A DNA stretch of 64,000 bases from positions 23,329 through 87,328 of the forward strand of contig JAEZIZ010000083.1 in NCBI GenBank assembly GCA_023415915.1, read 5' to 3'. Below the pieces are notes generated by a model, which did no database searches, was not told where the DNA came from, and worked only from the letters and a program-made list of their open reading frames with translations. The stretch's first letter is position 1. Each line of letters opens with the position of its first letter. Below are positions 47,288 to 57,154 of this stretch, piece by piece. A program made the position numbers and the translations under genes. The stretch is from Bacillota bacterium. GTDB taxonomy: Bacteria; Bacillota; Clostridia; Christensenellales; SZUA-584.

Positions 47288-48992
47288 CGTCTGCTCCGCC
47301 CGGCTGTTCTTCTGTAAGTATGTCGTAATACCTGTTTATAGTCGTTAAAGAAACGCCGTAACGTTTCATAAGGTCCTTCTTCAGCGGTATTTTGACGGTT
47401 CCGTCAATTTCGCTTACGAGGAATTCCAGCGCGGCCGCAAACGCCTGCGGCTTTTGTATCCACGCGCCCTTATCGCTCCGGTCTTTAGCGAACGATGTTA
47501 ATAGCTCAACGCCCGACGTTATGAACTCTTCGCTGTACCTGCCCCTCGTGTTTTTGACGAAACTGTTGAGCGTCTCGGCATAAGGCCTTGGGAGGTTTTT
47601 AATCTCCTCCGATATGCTCCCGACCCTTACCTCTACTATGGCGCCTCTGATATAGGCGACATAAGGCTCTTTGGCGCCTATGCGCTTTAAGCACATGAAT
47701 ATGTCGTTTTTTATCTCGTCCGCTTCCGTGCTTTTCAGCAGAAAGCTTCTGAACTCGTCTTCCACGCTTTCGTCGGAAAACAGGCTCATTATCTCTATAA
47801 CTATCTTCTTTATATACTCGTCGCCGTAATAAAGCCCCCACAATATAACGGACTTAAAGTACTCGTCATTTTTCCACTTGTTTACCAGGCTGTCGTCTTT
47901 TTGCATCAGGCAGTCGTTTAAATATTTGACGCGCTGCTTGATTTCATCGAACTGTACCTGATATACGTATTCGAGCTTTTTAACAGCGCCGCCTTTTTTG
48001 GCCATATCGGATTTGCTTTTATAATAGGACGCGAGGCTGTTGCTCGGGTCAATCTTCAGTATCTTTACGAAACAATCCGCAGCTTCGCCGTACAATCCGT
48101 TGTTGTATGCGGCAAGACCGTAAAAATGCAGCAGCCGTATATCGTACGGCTGAAACGATATCAGCTTTGAGAACCATTTATACGCCTTTTCATGGTGGCC
48201 GAGCTCGCAATACGTAAGCGCAAGCTTATGCATGTCTTCCGGGTCAAAGTCGGCCGCCTCGTCTATGCGGGAAAGGTACTCTTCTCCGGCGGCAGAGTCT
48301 CCCATATCCGAATAAAAGAACGCGAGGTTGCAGCAGGCGTGAAGGTTATTGGGCTGCGCTTCCAGCACTTTTTTGGACATCTCGACAGCCTTCGCTTTCT
48401 GTCCGTCAAAGAAATAAGAGAGCGCGAGATTGTTCATAGCCGGATACATCAGCCTGTCGCGGCTGACAACGTTTTCGAGATGCTGTATAGCCGACTTGTA
48501 ATCGCCCTTGTCGAGATACTGCTTTCCCTCGTAAGCCTCTTCCATTATATACTGGCGGCTTACGTCGGTAAGCAACCCTTCCTCTTCCTCTTCGTCCAGC
48601 ATGTCGAATATATCGTCTATCTCGTCGGCGAACTCGCCGTCGGGGTCTATAGCCAGATATTGTTCAAAAGCTTCATCGGCAAGCTCGTAGTTTTTCATGC
48701 CCATGTAATTACAGCCGAGCGCAAACAAGCACTCGGTCGGGGTGTTGCCATAACGGGCTATTTTAAGCAGTACGTCATTAGATTCGGTATAGAGCCCCAT
48801 TTCCGAATATATCTGCGCAATGCTTAACAGATACTCAACGTTATCCGGTTCCATACCGAGGGCTTGCCGGTAAAGCTGCAGAGCTTCCAAAAAATTACCC
48901 GCGTCTATATGCCTTTCCGCTTTTTTAATAAAAAAAGATGCGGGCTGGTTAAAGTTCAATACTTTATTTTGCAGCTTTTTTTTGTCGTTCAT
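47277..48992 (-). CDS. TPR repeat-containing protein (571 aa)
   Basis: Multiple 34-aa A..Y..AL..DP-type repeats in the N-terminal two thirds. Confidence 0.75.
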   Translation of the reverse strand: MNDKKKLQNKVLNFNQPASFFIKKAERHIDAGNFLEALQLYRQALGMEPDNVEYLLSIAQIYSEMGLYTESNDVLLKIARYGNTPTECLFALGCNYMGMKNYELADEAFEQYLAIDPDGEFADEIDDIFDMLDEEEEEGLLTDVSRQYIMEEAYEGKQYLDKGDYKSAIQHLENVVSRDRLMYPAMNNLALSYFFDGQKAKAVEMSKKVLEAQPNNLHACCNLAFFYSDMGDSAAGEEYLSRIDEAADFDPEDMHKLALTYCELGHHEKAYKWFSKLISFQPYDIRLLHFYGLAAYNNGLYGEAADCFVKILKIDPSNSLASYYKSKSDMAKKGGAVKKLEYVYQVQFDEIKQRVKYLNDCLMQKDDSLVNKWKNDEYFKSVILWGLYYGDEYIKKIVIEIMSLFSDESVEDEFRSFLLKSTEADEIKNDIFMCLKRIGAKEPYVAYIRGAIVEVRVGSISEEIKNLPRPYAETLNSFVKNTRGRYSEEFITSGVELLTSFAKDRSDKGAWIQKPQAFAAALEFLVSEIDGTVKIPLKKDLMKRYGVSLTTINRYYDILTEEQPGGADDAD

Positions 48993-49041
48993 TTCGCCTC
49001 CTATATAATGAAATAATTATACCATACTGGCAAGCCGCGCT

Positions 49042-49779
49042 TCAAGCAGCGGCCTTGCGGCACACATACTGTATTCTGTCCGAATTTTCGTCTGGCTTTT
49101 TATCGGTAAAGCAGTCGAATATACTGACGCTTGCAAACCCGGCAGAGAGAAATATTTTTTCAACGAACCCTGGGTCGTAAGCGTATTGTATATGCCGCTC
49201 GGAAAACCTTTCAAACAGGCTGCCGCGCCGCACGAAAAGCGTTACGTCCATGCACAGACTGTCTGTTGTACTGTCATATGCGTTCTGCCAGATGCATGTC
49301 GCGTCGTCACCGTCGTCGAAATAAACCTCGCCGTCCATGCGCTTAAGCTTTGATTTAGAGCTAATGTCGAAAAGCAGTACGCCGCTACCTTTAAGCGCGT
49401 TAAATGCGGAAACAGCGAATGACTTAAGCCCTACTTCGTCAAGATAATTGGGGCCGTCGCATACGGAAAGAATCGCATCCGGTTTGTTGCCCACTTCAAT
49501 ATTGCGCATATCCTGAAGTATGAATTTTATGTCATAGCCGAATTTTCTCGCCTGCCCGGCTGCGGCGCTTATCATTCCTTCGGATATGTCCGAAGCCGTT
49601 ATATCGTAGCCCAGACGAAACAACTCGCGCGTTATGTTTCCCGTTCCGCATCCCGTCTCAAATACGGTTTTTACGCCGTACCGCTTTAATATGCCGTCGA
49701 GATATTCGGCCCACATTTCGTAATCTACGTCCGCCATCAGTTCGTTATATACTTCGGAAAGATATCCGTATGCCTCCAC
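49042..49779 (-). CDS. Class I SAM-dependent methyltransferase
   Basis: VFETGCGTGNIT motif I and ASDISEGMI motif II. Confidence 0.8.
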   Translation of the reverse strand: MEAYGYLSEVYNELMADVDYEMWAEYLDGILKRYGVKTVFETGCGTGNITRELFRLGYDITASDISEGMISAAAGQARKFGYDIKFILQDMRNIEVGNKPDAILSVCDGPNYLDEVGLKSFAVSAFNALKGSGVLLFDISSKSKLKRMDGEVYFDDGDDATCIWQNAYDSTTDSLCMDVTLFVRRGSLFERFSERHIQYAYDPGFVEKIFLSAGFASVSIFDCFTDKKPDENSDRIQYVCRKAAA

Positions 49780-49900
49780 GCATGCCTCCTTTAATTGCGT
49801 CCGCGCTCAATAATATCAATAATATACTACGTTATTATAGCGAGCACAACGAAAAAAGCGCAATACGCATGGAAAATTATGCCGAAAGAGAAACGCGCGG

Positions 49901-49930
49901 TTGACTATATCGCTCGGGCGATGTTATAAT
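49901..49930 (+). promoter_or_regulatory. Sigma-A promoter of the lysine-riboswitch / asd transcript
   Basis: TTGACT (49901-49906), 18 nt spacer, TATAAT (49925-49930). Confidence 0.65.
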
Positions 49931-49943
49931 ATGATCCAATACA

Positions 49944-50110
49944 GTTGAGGCGCGGTTTTCATGAGTATACTATTCGGAGGCAGCGGGTGCTTATGATGTA
50001 TAGTGGAAAGGGAAAACTGCCGAAGGCAAAGGCGTTCCGCAGCGTTTTGCCTGGGTGTATGGTTAACAGCCATGCAACTGTCGTCCCGGGCGCGGGACGG
50101 AGCGCTGCTG
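49944..50110 (+). promoter_or_regulatory. Lysine riboswitch (L-box) upstream of asd
   Basis: Conserved blocks in order: TTGAGGCGC, ATGAGTA, GTGGAAAGGGAAAACTGCCGAAGG, GCCTGGG, GCAACTGTCG, GACGGAGCGCTGC. A weak hairpin plus T-run (GCGCGC..GCGTGCTATTTTTA, about 50140-50175) could be the expression platform. Confidence 0.8.
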
Positions 50111-50200
50111 TAATACAAACGGTATTCTTGTTATTATTGGCGCGCGGTATGTTATGCGTGCTATTTTTATACGGTTTAAATTTTCCGAGGAGGTTTTAAA

Positions 50201-51277
50201 GTGAAGAGTTACAATGTAGGCATCGTCGGCGCAACCGGCATGGTAGGACAGCGGTTCATAACGCTGCTTGCGGATCATCCGTGGTTTAATATCACATACC
50301 TTGGCGCAAGCGAGCGCTCGGCAGGAAAAACTTACGCTGAAGCCGTAGGCGGCAGATGGGTCATGACGACGCCTATTCCCGAAAACGTTGCGGGCATGCA
50401 TGTGTATGACGCGCTAGATATAGAAACGGCAAAGGGAAAAGTAGACTTCGTATTTTGCGCTATCAGCCTTGACAAGGAGAAGACAAAAGCGCTCGAAGAG
50501 GCATATGCTAAACAGGAGATACCGGTAGTATCCAACAACAGCGCACACCGCGGAACCCCTGACGTGCCTATGCTCATACCCGAGGTGAACGCTCATCATA
50601 TAGCGGTAATAGAGAAGCAGCGCGCGCGTCTGGGAACGAAACGCGGGTTTATATCCGTAAAGCCCAACTGCTCTATACAGACTTATGTACCTGCGCTGCA
50701 CCCTCTTCTCGATTTCGGCATAAAGCAGATAGTAGTATGCACATATCAGGCGGTATCGGGCGCTGGCAAAACAATGGAATCCTGGCCGGAGATGGCGGAT
50801 AACGTAATCCCCTTCATCGGCGGCGAGGAATTAAAGAGCGAACAGGAGCCGCTTAAAATCTGGGGCGCTATAGGCGATAACGGCATAGTCAACGCAAGAC
50901 AGCCCGTTATTACCACGCAGTGCATACGCGTTCCGGTATCCGACGGCCATATGGCGGCGACTTTTGTGAGCTTTGAAAAAAAGCCTTCGATGAAACAGAT
51001 AAAGCAGCGCTGGAACGAGTTTTCAGGACTCCCCCAGCAGCTTGGGCTGCCGAGCGCGCCTGAAAAGTTCCTTATGTATTTTGAGGATGATGCGCGGCCG
51101 CAGACGAGCCTTGACAGGGGCAACGGAAACGGCATGTCCGTTTCGATAGGGCGGCTCAGAGAAGACACGATATTCGACTATAAGTTTGTATGCCTAAGCC
51201 ATAACACATTGCGGGGTGCTGCGGGAGGCGGAGTGCTGGCGGCTGAGCTGCTGGCCAAAAAGGGTTATTTCGACTGA
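50201..51277 (+). CDS. asd: Aspartate-semialdehyde dehydrogenase
   Basis: VGIVGATGMVGQR NAD motif and catalytic Cys region SVKPNCSIQ. GTG start after GAGGAGG. Confidence 0.9.
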   Translation: MKSYNVGIVGATGMVGQRFITLLADHPWFNITYLGASERSAGKTYAEAVGGRWVMTTPIPENVAGMHVYDALDIETAKGKVDFVFCAISLDKEKTKALEEAYAKQEIPVVSNNSAHRGTPDVPMLIPEVNAHHIAVIEKQRARLGTKRGFISVKPNCSIQTYVPALHPLLDFGIKQIVVCTYQAVSGAGKTMESWPEMADNVIPFIGGEELKSEQEPLKIWGAIGDNGIVNARQPVITTQCIRVPVSDGHMAATFVSFEKKPSMKQIKQRWNEFSGLPQQLGLPSAPEKFLMYFEDDARPQTSLDRGNGNGMSVSIGRLREDTIFDYKFVCLSHNTLRGAAGGGVLAAELLAKKGYFD

Positions 51278-51296
51278 TTTGTGAAAGGAGTATGAA

Positions 51297-52178
51297 ATGA
51301 GTATTTTCACAGGAGCCGGGACGGCGCTGGTTACGCCGTTCAACGACACGGGTATTGATTTTGCCGCTTTTGAAACGCTTATCGAATACCAGATAGAAAA
51401 CGGTATAGACGCTCTTGTTGTATGCGGCACGACGGGCGAGCCGTCCACAATGACAAGAGAAGAAAAAAAGGCCGCTATCGAATTTGCAGTTAAGCATGCC
51501 GCAGGAAGAGTACCCGTAATAGCGGGGACGGGATCTAACAACACCGCCGCTTCCATTGAAGCTTCGATGGAGGCTTCCGACCTCGGCGTGGACGGGCTGC
51601 TTGTGGTTACTCCGTATTACAACAAATGTTCGGATGCAGGGCTTGTTAAGCATTTTCACAGCATAGCCGACGCGTCGGGCGTTCCCATAATCGTCTACAA
51701 CGTCCCCGCAAGGACGGGCATGAATATCACGCCGGCGGTTATGAAGGAGATAAGCCAGCACGACAGGATCGTCGGCATAAAAGAGGCGAGCGCAAATATA
51801 ACACAGATAACGGAAACGGCGAGGCTATGTCCCGGTATAGACCTTTATTCGGGCAACGACGATCACGTTATCCCCATTATGTCTCTGGGCGGCAAGGGAG
51901 TAATATCGGTCGTCTCTAACGTCGCTCCCGGTATGACTCATGAGATGGCTGCGAGCTGGCTTGCGGGCGATACGAAAAAAGCGCTCGAGCTGCAGTTTAA
52001 GCTGAATCCGCTTATAAAAGCGCTGTTTATCGAGGTAAGCCCCATACCTGTAAAGACCGCGCTTAACATGATAGGCATAAACGCCGGCGTGCTGCGTATG
52101 CCTCTTTGCGAGATGAGCGCGGATAAAACCGCGATACTCAAAAAAGAGCTCATTGCCCTTGGGTTCGACATCGCTTAA
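51297..52178 (+). CDS. dapA: 4-hydroxy-tetrahydrodipicolinate synthase
   Basis: GTALVTPF, GTTGE and YNVP motifs, 293 aa. Confidence 0.95.
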   Translation: MSIFTGAGTALVTPFNDTGIDFAAFETLIEYQIENGIDALVVCGTTGEPSTMTREEKKAAIEFAVKHAAGRVPVIAGTGSNNTAASIEASMEASDLGVDGLLVVTPYYNKCSDAGLVKHFHSIADASGVPIIVYNVPARTGMNITPAVMKEISQHDRIVGIKEASANITQITETARLCPGIDLYSGNDDHVIPIMSLGGKGVISVVSNVAPGMTHEMAASWLAGDTKKALELQFKLNPLIKALFIEVSPIPVKTALNMIGINAGVLRMPLCEMSADKTAILKKELIALGFDIA

Positions 52179-52259
52179 AGGTTCACGCATAAGGAATACC
52201 GCGGCTTGCGCCCGAGAAAACGGGTAAAAAGCCGCTTTCATATAGGGTATAAAAAAAGC

Positions 52260-52335
52260 GGGGTCCCCAGCAAGACGTGAGGCTTGCTGGGGTGTAAAAT
52301 CGGGGTCCCCAGCAAGTTGTGAGACTTAATGGGGA
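52260..52335. repeat. Two tandem units of the palindromic hairpin family in the dapA-dapB spacer
   Basis: 52260-52294 GGGGTCCCCAGCAAGACGTGAGGCTTGCTGGGGTG, and a degenerate unit at 52302-52335. Confidence 0.85.
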
Positions 52336-52356
52336 GTTTAAAATAACGAGGTGCAA

Positions 52357-53565
52357 ATGATAAACGTAATACTCAGCGGCGCTAACGGCAAAATGGGACA
52401 GGTGATTGCGGGCGTAATATCGAAAGCGGACGATATCCGCGTAGCGGCGGGCGTAGACAAGCTGCCCGATTCGCGGCAGAACTGCTTCCCGGTATACTTT
52501 AATATAGACGATTGCAGGGAATCCGCCGATATGGTAATTGACTTTTCGCGTCCCGAGGCGCTGGCCGATAACCTTGCGTATGCCCGGCGCAAAGGCATAC
52601 CCATAGTAATCGCGACTACGGGCTTCAGCGAAGACGAGAAAAAGGCCATATTCGAAGCGTCAAGAAATATCCCGATATTCTTCTCGGCAAACATGTCGCT
52701 GGGCGTAAACCTTCAGATGGAGCTTGCCAAGAACGCCGCGGCTTTCCTCGGAGAGGCGTACGATATCGAGATAATAGAAAAGCACCATAACCAGAAAGTA
52801 GACGCGCCGAGCGGCACGGCGCTCGCGATAGCCGACTGCATAAACGAATCGTTTACCAACAAAAAGGATTACGTTTACGGCAGGAGTTCCAAGACGGAGA
52901 GGCGCGGCAGAGAGATAGGCTTCCACTCGGTACGCGGTGGTACGATACCGGGCGACCACAGCGTAATGTTTATAGGAACCGACGAGGTTATAGAGATAAA
53001 CCACAGCGCGCAGTCGCGGAATATTTTCGCGTTCGGCGCGGTGCGGGCGGCAAGGTTCCTGTACGGCAAGCCGCCGGGACTATATAACATGAGCGATATA
53101 ATTGCCGAGTCCGCCGTCACCCACATATACCAGGACGACGGCCAGGCAATGATAACGCTGACGAACTTCCCTTTCTCCCCCAAGCTTATAGCCGAAGTGT
53201 TCAGCGATATTGCCCAAAAGAATGTAAAGCTTGATATAATAAGCCAGACGTCTCCTCATCAGGGCAAGATAAGCCTGTCGTTTTCCATGCCGCTTACCGA
53301 TTTAAGCGTCTGCAAAGACGTATTAAAAAAGCATATAAATGACGATGTGAAGTTAATTTTGGATACTGCGCTTTCAAAGCTTACAGTGGAAGGCGCGGGC
53401 ATGCAGCGCCAGTCGGGCGTCGCTTCGCGGCTTTTCGGAGCGCTCGCTGAAAGGGATATCGGCATATATATTATAACGACGTCGGAAACGAAGATAAGCT
53501 TCTGCGTAGATTCGGGCAAGGCGCGGGACGCGGTAAGCGCAGTATCGGCGGCGTTTGCGCTATAA
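52357..53565 (+). CDS. dapB: 4-hydroxy-tetrahydrodipicolinate reductase fused to a C-terminal aspartokinase-type ACT domain pair (about 402 aa)
   Basis: Residues about 1-255 carry DapB motifs: GANGKMG and EIIEKHHNQKVDAPSGTA. Residues about 256-402 resemble the aspartokinase regulatory region: SKLTVEGAGMQRQSGVASRLFGALAERDIGIYIITTSETKISFCV. Confidence 0.85.
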   Translation: MINVILSGANGKMGQVIAGVISKADDIRVAAGVDKLPDSRQNCFPVYFNIDDCRESADMVIDFSRPEALADNLAYARRKGIPIVIATTGFSEDEKKAIFEASRNIPIFFSANMSLGVNLQMELAKNAAAFLGEAYDIEIIEKHHNQKVDAPSGTALAIADCINESFTNKKDYVYGRSSKTERRGREIGFHSVRGGTIPGDHSVMFIGTDEVIEINHSAQSRNIFAFGAVRAARFLYGKPPGLYNMSDIIAESAVTHIYQDDGQAMITLTNFPFSPKLIAEVFSDIAQKNVKLDIISQTSPHQGKISLSFSMPLTDLSVCKDVLKKHINDDVKLILDTALSKLTVEGAGMQRQSGVASRLFGALAERDIGIYIITTSETKISFCVDSGKARDAVSAVSAAFAL

Positions 53566-53594
53566 ATACATATTCATAAAAAACAAAGCAAATG

Positions 53595-53640
53595 ATGAGG
53601 TGAAAACAACGATGGTAATAACATTTTCACCTCATTTTTC
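53595..53640 (+). terminator. Terminator after dapB (probably bidirectional, shared with purD)
   Basis: ATGAGGTGAAAA...TTTTCACCTCATTTTTC. Confidence 0.7.
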
Positions 53641-53684
53641 TATCGTCAGCAGCCTCCCTTAGCAGGGGAGTAATTGATAATATA

Positions 53685-54935
53685 CTATTTTATCCCTATA
53701 TCGCTTCTATACTGTGCGCCTTTAAAGCTGATGCGTTTAACGTTGGCGTAGGCTTTTTGTCGCGCTTCGGCTATGTCTTTGCCCAGCGCCGTCACGCCGA
53801 GCACCCTGCCGCCGTTAGTGGCATACCGCCCGCCGCTTTTTGCGGTGCCCGCATGGAATACGGTTGCGTCGCTTACATCGTCAAGGCCTTCAATAATATC
53901 GCCCTTGTTGTATTTGCCGGGGTATCCGCCCGACGCCATAACTACGCACACGGCGCTGCGCTCGTCCCATTCGAGCGTTATATCGGAAAGCCTGCCGTCT
54001 ATTACTGCGTTCATAACCTCTACAAGGTCGTTTTTCATCCTCGGCAATACCACCTGCGCCTCCGGGTCGCCGAAACGCGCGTTGTATTCGAGAAGCTTAG
54101 GTCCGCTCTTTGTAAGCATCAGCCCGAAGTATATCGCGCCCTTGAATTCACGGCCTTCCTGATTGAGCGCGTAAAGCGTTCTTTTTATTATGGTTTCTTC
54201 GACCTGTTTTCTTATATCGTCCGTATATTTGGGAGACGGCGAGAACGCGCCCATGCCGCCGGTGTTAGGGCCCATATCGTTGTCGAATACGCGCTTGTGG
54301 TCCTGCGCGCTCGCCATGGGCAGTATAGTATTGCCGTCGCAGAACGCCAACACGGAGACTTCGGGGCCTTCAAGGCATTCCTCTATTACGACGCTGCTGC
54401 CCGCGCTGCCGAACAGCTTTTTGACCATCATATCTTCCAGCGCTGCTTTAGCTTCGTCCACGGATTTGCATATTACTACGCCTTTGCCGAGCGCGAGCCC
54501 GTCCGCCTTTACTACGGTGGGCATCGGACAGCGCTCCACGAACGCGCAAGCGCTCTTAAAATCGCTGAACACTTCGTATTCCGCGGTGGGTATGCCATAC
54601 TTCTTCATTAGCCGCTTTGCGTACGCCTTGCTGCCTTCTATCTCGGCAGCCTTGGCCGTAGGCCCGAACGCGCGTATGCCTTCGCTCTGCAGCCTATCCA
54701 CCATGCCCATATAAAGCGGGTCGTCGGGCGCGACTATTACGAGGTCAAAAGCCTGCTTCTTTGCGTAATCGACAATGCCGTCCAAATCCGTCGCGCTTAA
54801 GGGGACGCACACTGCCATTTCGGAAATGCCGCCGTTGCCAGGCGCGCAGTGTATCTCCCCCACGTCTTTATTTTGCCGCAGCTTCCATACCAGCGTATGC
54901 TCCCTGCCACCGCCGCCTACCAAAAGTATCTTCAT
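53685..54935 (-). CDS. purD: Phosphoribosylamine-glycine ligase
   Basis: MKILLVGGGGREH N-terminus and ATP-grasp fold, 416 aa. Confidence 0.95.
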   Translation of the reverse strand: MKILLVGGGGREHTLVWKLRQNKDVGEIHCAPGNGGISEMAVCVPLSATDLDGIVDYAKKQAFDLVIVAPDDPLYMGMVDRLQSEGIRAFGPTAKAAEIEGSKAYAKRLMKKYGIPTAEYEVFSDFKSACAFVERCPMPTVVKADGLALGKGVVICKSVDEAKAALEDMMVKKLFGSAGSSVVIEECLEGPEVSVLAFCDGNTILPMASAQDHKRVFDNDMGPNTGGMGAFSPSPKYTDDIRKQVEETIIKRTLYALNQEGREFKGAIYFGLMLTKSGPKLLEYNARFGDPEAQVVLPRMKNDLVEVMNAVIDGRLSDITLEWDERSAVCVVMASGGYPGKYNKGDIIEGLDDVSDATVFHAGTAKSGGRYATNGGRVLGVTALGKDIAEARQKAYANVKRISFKGAQYRSDIGIK

Positions 54936-54947
54936 AGCGCGTTTCTC

Positions 54948-56480
54948 CTAATGCCTGAAGTGCCGTATGCCGGTAAACACCATAGATATGCCGAGCTCGT
55001 CGCAGGCCTTTATGGATTCTTCGTCCCTTATGCTGCCGCCCGGCTGTATTATCGCAGTTATGCCGTACATGGCTGCGAGCCGCACGCAGTCGTCAAACGG
55101 GAAGTACGCGTCGGACGCAAGCGCCGCTCCCGCCGCTTTTTCGCCCGCCCGTTCAAGCGCGGCCTGCGCAGCCCAAATGCGCGAAACCTGCCCCGGCCCG
55201 AGACCGAGAGACTGCTTGTCCTTCGCAACGGAAATAGCGTTAGACTTTAGGTGTTTCACAAGCTTCCACGCGAACTTTAGGTCTTCCATTTCCCGCTCCG
55301 TAGGAACGCGCTTTGTCACTACTTTAAGCTCTCCGTCGAAAAGCAACGCGTCGGGCTGCTGTATCAGCAGTCCGCCCGACGGCTTCTTTATGTCGATCGC
55401 GCTTGGATTGATTTTAGCGTTTATATCAGGCAGCTCCAAAAGCCGCAGGTTCTTCTTCGCCTTTAATACATCGAGCGCTTCCGAAGAAAACGAAGGCGCT
55501 ATTATAATCTCGAGGAAAATCTTCGCCATCTCTTCCGCAGTCTTTTTATCCACTTCGGCGTTTACTGCGACAATGCCGCCGTATATCGATACGGGGTCGG
55601 CGGAATACGCTTTCATGTAAGCGTCGTATAGGCTGTCCGCGCTGCCCACGCCGCAAGGATTGGCGTGCTTCGAGGCAACGACCGTTATTTCCTCAAATTC
55701 TCTTAAGCATTCCAGAGCCCCGTGCGTGTCGTTTATGTTGTTGAATGAAAGCTCCTTGCCCCAGAGCTGCTTTGCGGAAGCGAGCGTGCCGCTTATGCCA
55801 AGGGGCTCACGGTAAAACGCAGCGATCTGGTGCGGATTTTCGCCGTACCGCATATCCTGCAGCTTCTCATACGTGAGCGTCAGCTTATCGGGGTATCCCC
55901 CGCCGTTGCGCCCGCGGAGGTACTGCGCTATAAGCGCGTCGTACGCGGCGGTATGCTCGAACACCTTTACGCACAGGTCAAACTTCGTCTGCTGCGTTAT
56001 GCCGCCCGCTTTAAGCTCGCCAAGCACGCGTTCGTAATCGGCGGGGTCTACTATAGACGCAACGTCCTGCCAGTTCTTCGCTGCGGCTCTTAGCATCGTC
56101 GGCCCGCCTATGTCTATGTTCTCTATCGCATCCTCCAGCGTTACGCCCGGCTTTGATATAGTCTGCTTAAACGGGTAGAGGTTTACCGCGACGATATCTA
56201 TAAGCCCCACGCCCAGCTCTTGTACCTGACGCATATGCTCGCCGTTTGAGCGCATCGCTAAAATCCCCGCGTGTATTTTGGGGTGCAGCGTTTTAACGCG
56301 CCCATCGAGGCACTCGGGGAATCCCGTTATGTCGGATACGTTGGTTACAGGAATTCCGGCGTCTTTAAGCGCCTTCTGCGTACCCCCCGTAGACAATATT
56401 TCGAAGCCCAATCCGGCAAGCCCGGACGCGAATTCGACAATGCCCGTTTTGTCGAACACGCTTAAGAATGCTCTTTTCAT
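54948..56480 (-). CDS. purH: Bifunctional AICAR transformylase / IMP cyclohydrolase
   Basis: [21 protein letters not shown]-like N-terminus, 510 aa. Confidence 0.95.
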   Translation of the reverse strand: MKRAFLSVFDKTGIVEFASGLAGLGFEILSTGGTQKALKDAGIPVTNVSDITGFPECLDGRVKTLHPKIHAGILAMRSNGEHMRQVQELGVGLIDIVAVNLYPFKQTISKPGVTLEDAIENIDIGGPTMLRAAAKNWQDVASIVDPADYERVLGELKAGGITQQTKFDLCVKVFEHTAAYDALIAQYLRGRNGGGYPDKLTLTYEKLQDMRYGENPHQIAAFYREPLGISGTLASAKQLWGKELSFNNINDTHGALECLREFEEITVVASKHANPCGVGSADSLYDAYMKAYSADPVSIYGGIVAVNAEVDKKTAEEMAKIFLEIIIAPSFSSEALDVLKAKKNLRLLELPDINAKINPSAIDIKKPSGGLLIQQPDALLFDGELKVVTKRVPTEREMEDLKFAWKLVKHLKSNAISVAKDKQSLGLGPGQVSRIWAAQAALERAGEKAAGAALASDAYFPFDDCVRLAAMYGITAIIQPGGSIRDEESIKACDELGISMVFTGIRHFRH

Positions 56481-56533
56481 AATGAACCTCCATGAAATTA
56501 TATAAACTTTATTTTACGCAAAATAGAAAGAGC

Positions 56534-57154
56534 TTAGGGAAGCACGCGAACTCTTCTTCCGTTAAGCTCGAGTTTTCCGTCGCACAGCAGCTTTACAGAC
56601 TGTACGAGTATGTCATGCTCCGCTTCGAGCACTCTTGCCGCCAGCGTTTCGGGAGTATCTTCGTCCAACACGGGTACGCATTTCTGCATTATTATCGGGC
56701 CGGTGTCCGTTCCTTCGTCTACGAAATGTACGGTAGCGCCCGACACCTTTGCGCCGTATTCAAGCACGGCTTTGTGAACGCGCAGCCCGTAATACCCCTT
56801 GCCGCAAAAGGACGGTATCAGCGCCGGGTGAATGTTGACTATTTTATATTTGCGTACAAGTTTACTGCCGAGTATTGACATATATCCGGCGAGCACTATT
56901 GCCTGCCCGCTGAAACGCTCCACCGCTTCTGCTATTGCGGCGTCTCTTGAATCCTGGTCGGGATAATCGGCCGCTTTTATTACCGTCCAAGGTATGCCTG
57001 CCGCTTTGGCGCGCTCAATAGCGTACACTCCATCCTTGCTGGAAATCACGCCCGCGATATCGGCGTTTATCGTGCCGTCTGCGCACGCGTCTATTAACGC
57101 CTGCAGGTTAGTGCCTCCGCCCGACACCATAACCACAAGCTTTTCTATTCGCAA
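56534..57154 (-). CDS. purN: Phosphoribosylglycinamide formyltransferase
   Basis: VMVSGGGTNLQALID and NIHPALIP motifs. Confidence 0.9.
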   Translation of the reverse strand: MRIEKLVVMVSGGGTNLQALIDACADGTINADIAGVISSKDGVYAIERAKAAGIPWTVIKAADYPDQDSRDAAIAEAVERFSGQAIVLAGYMSILGSKLVRKYKIVNIHPALIPSFCGKGYYGLRVHKAVLEYGAKVSGATVHFVDEGTDTGPIIMQKCVPVLDEDTPETLAARVLEAEHDILVQSVKLLCDGKLELNGRRVRVLP

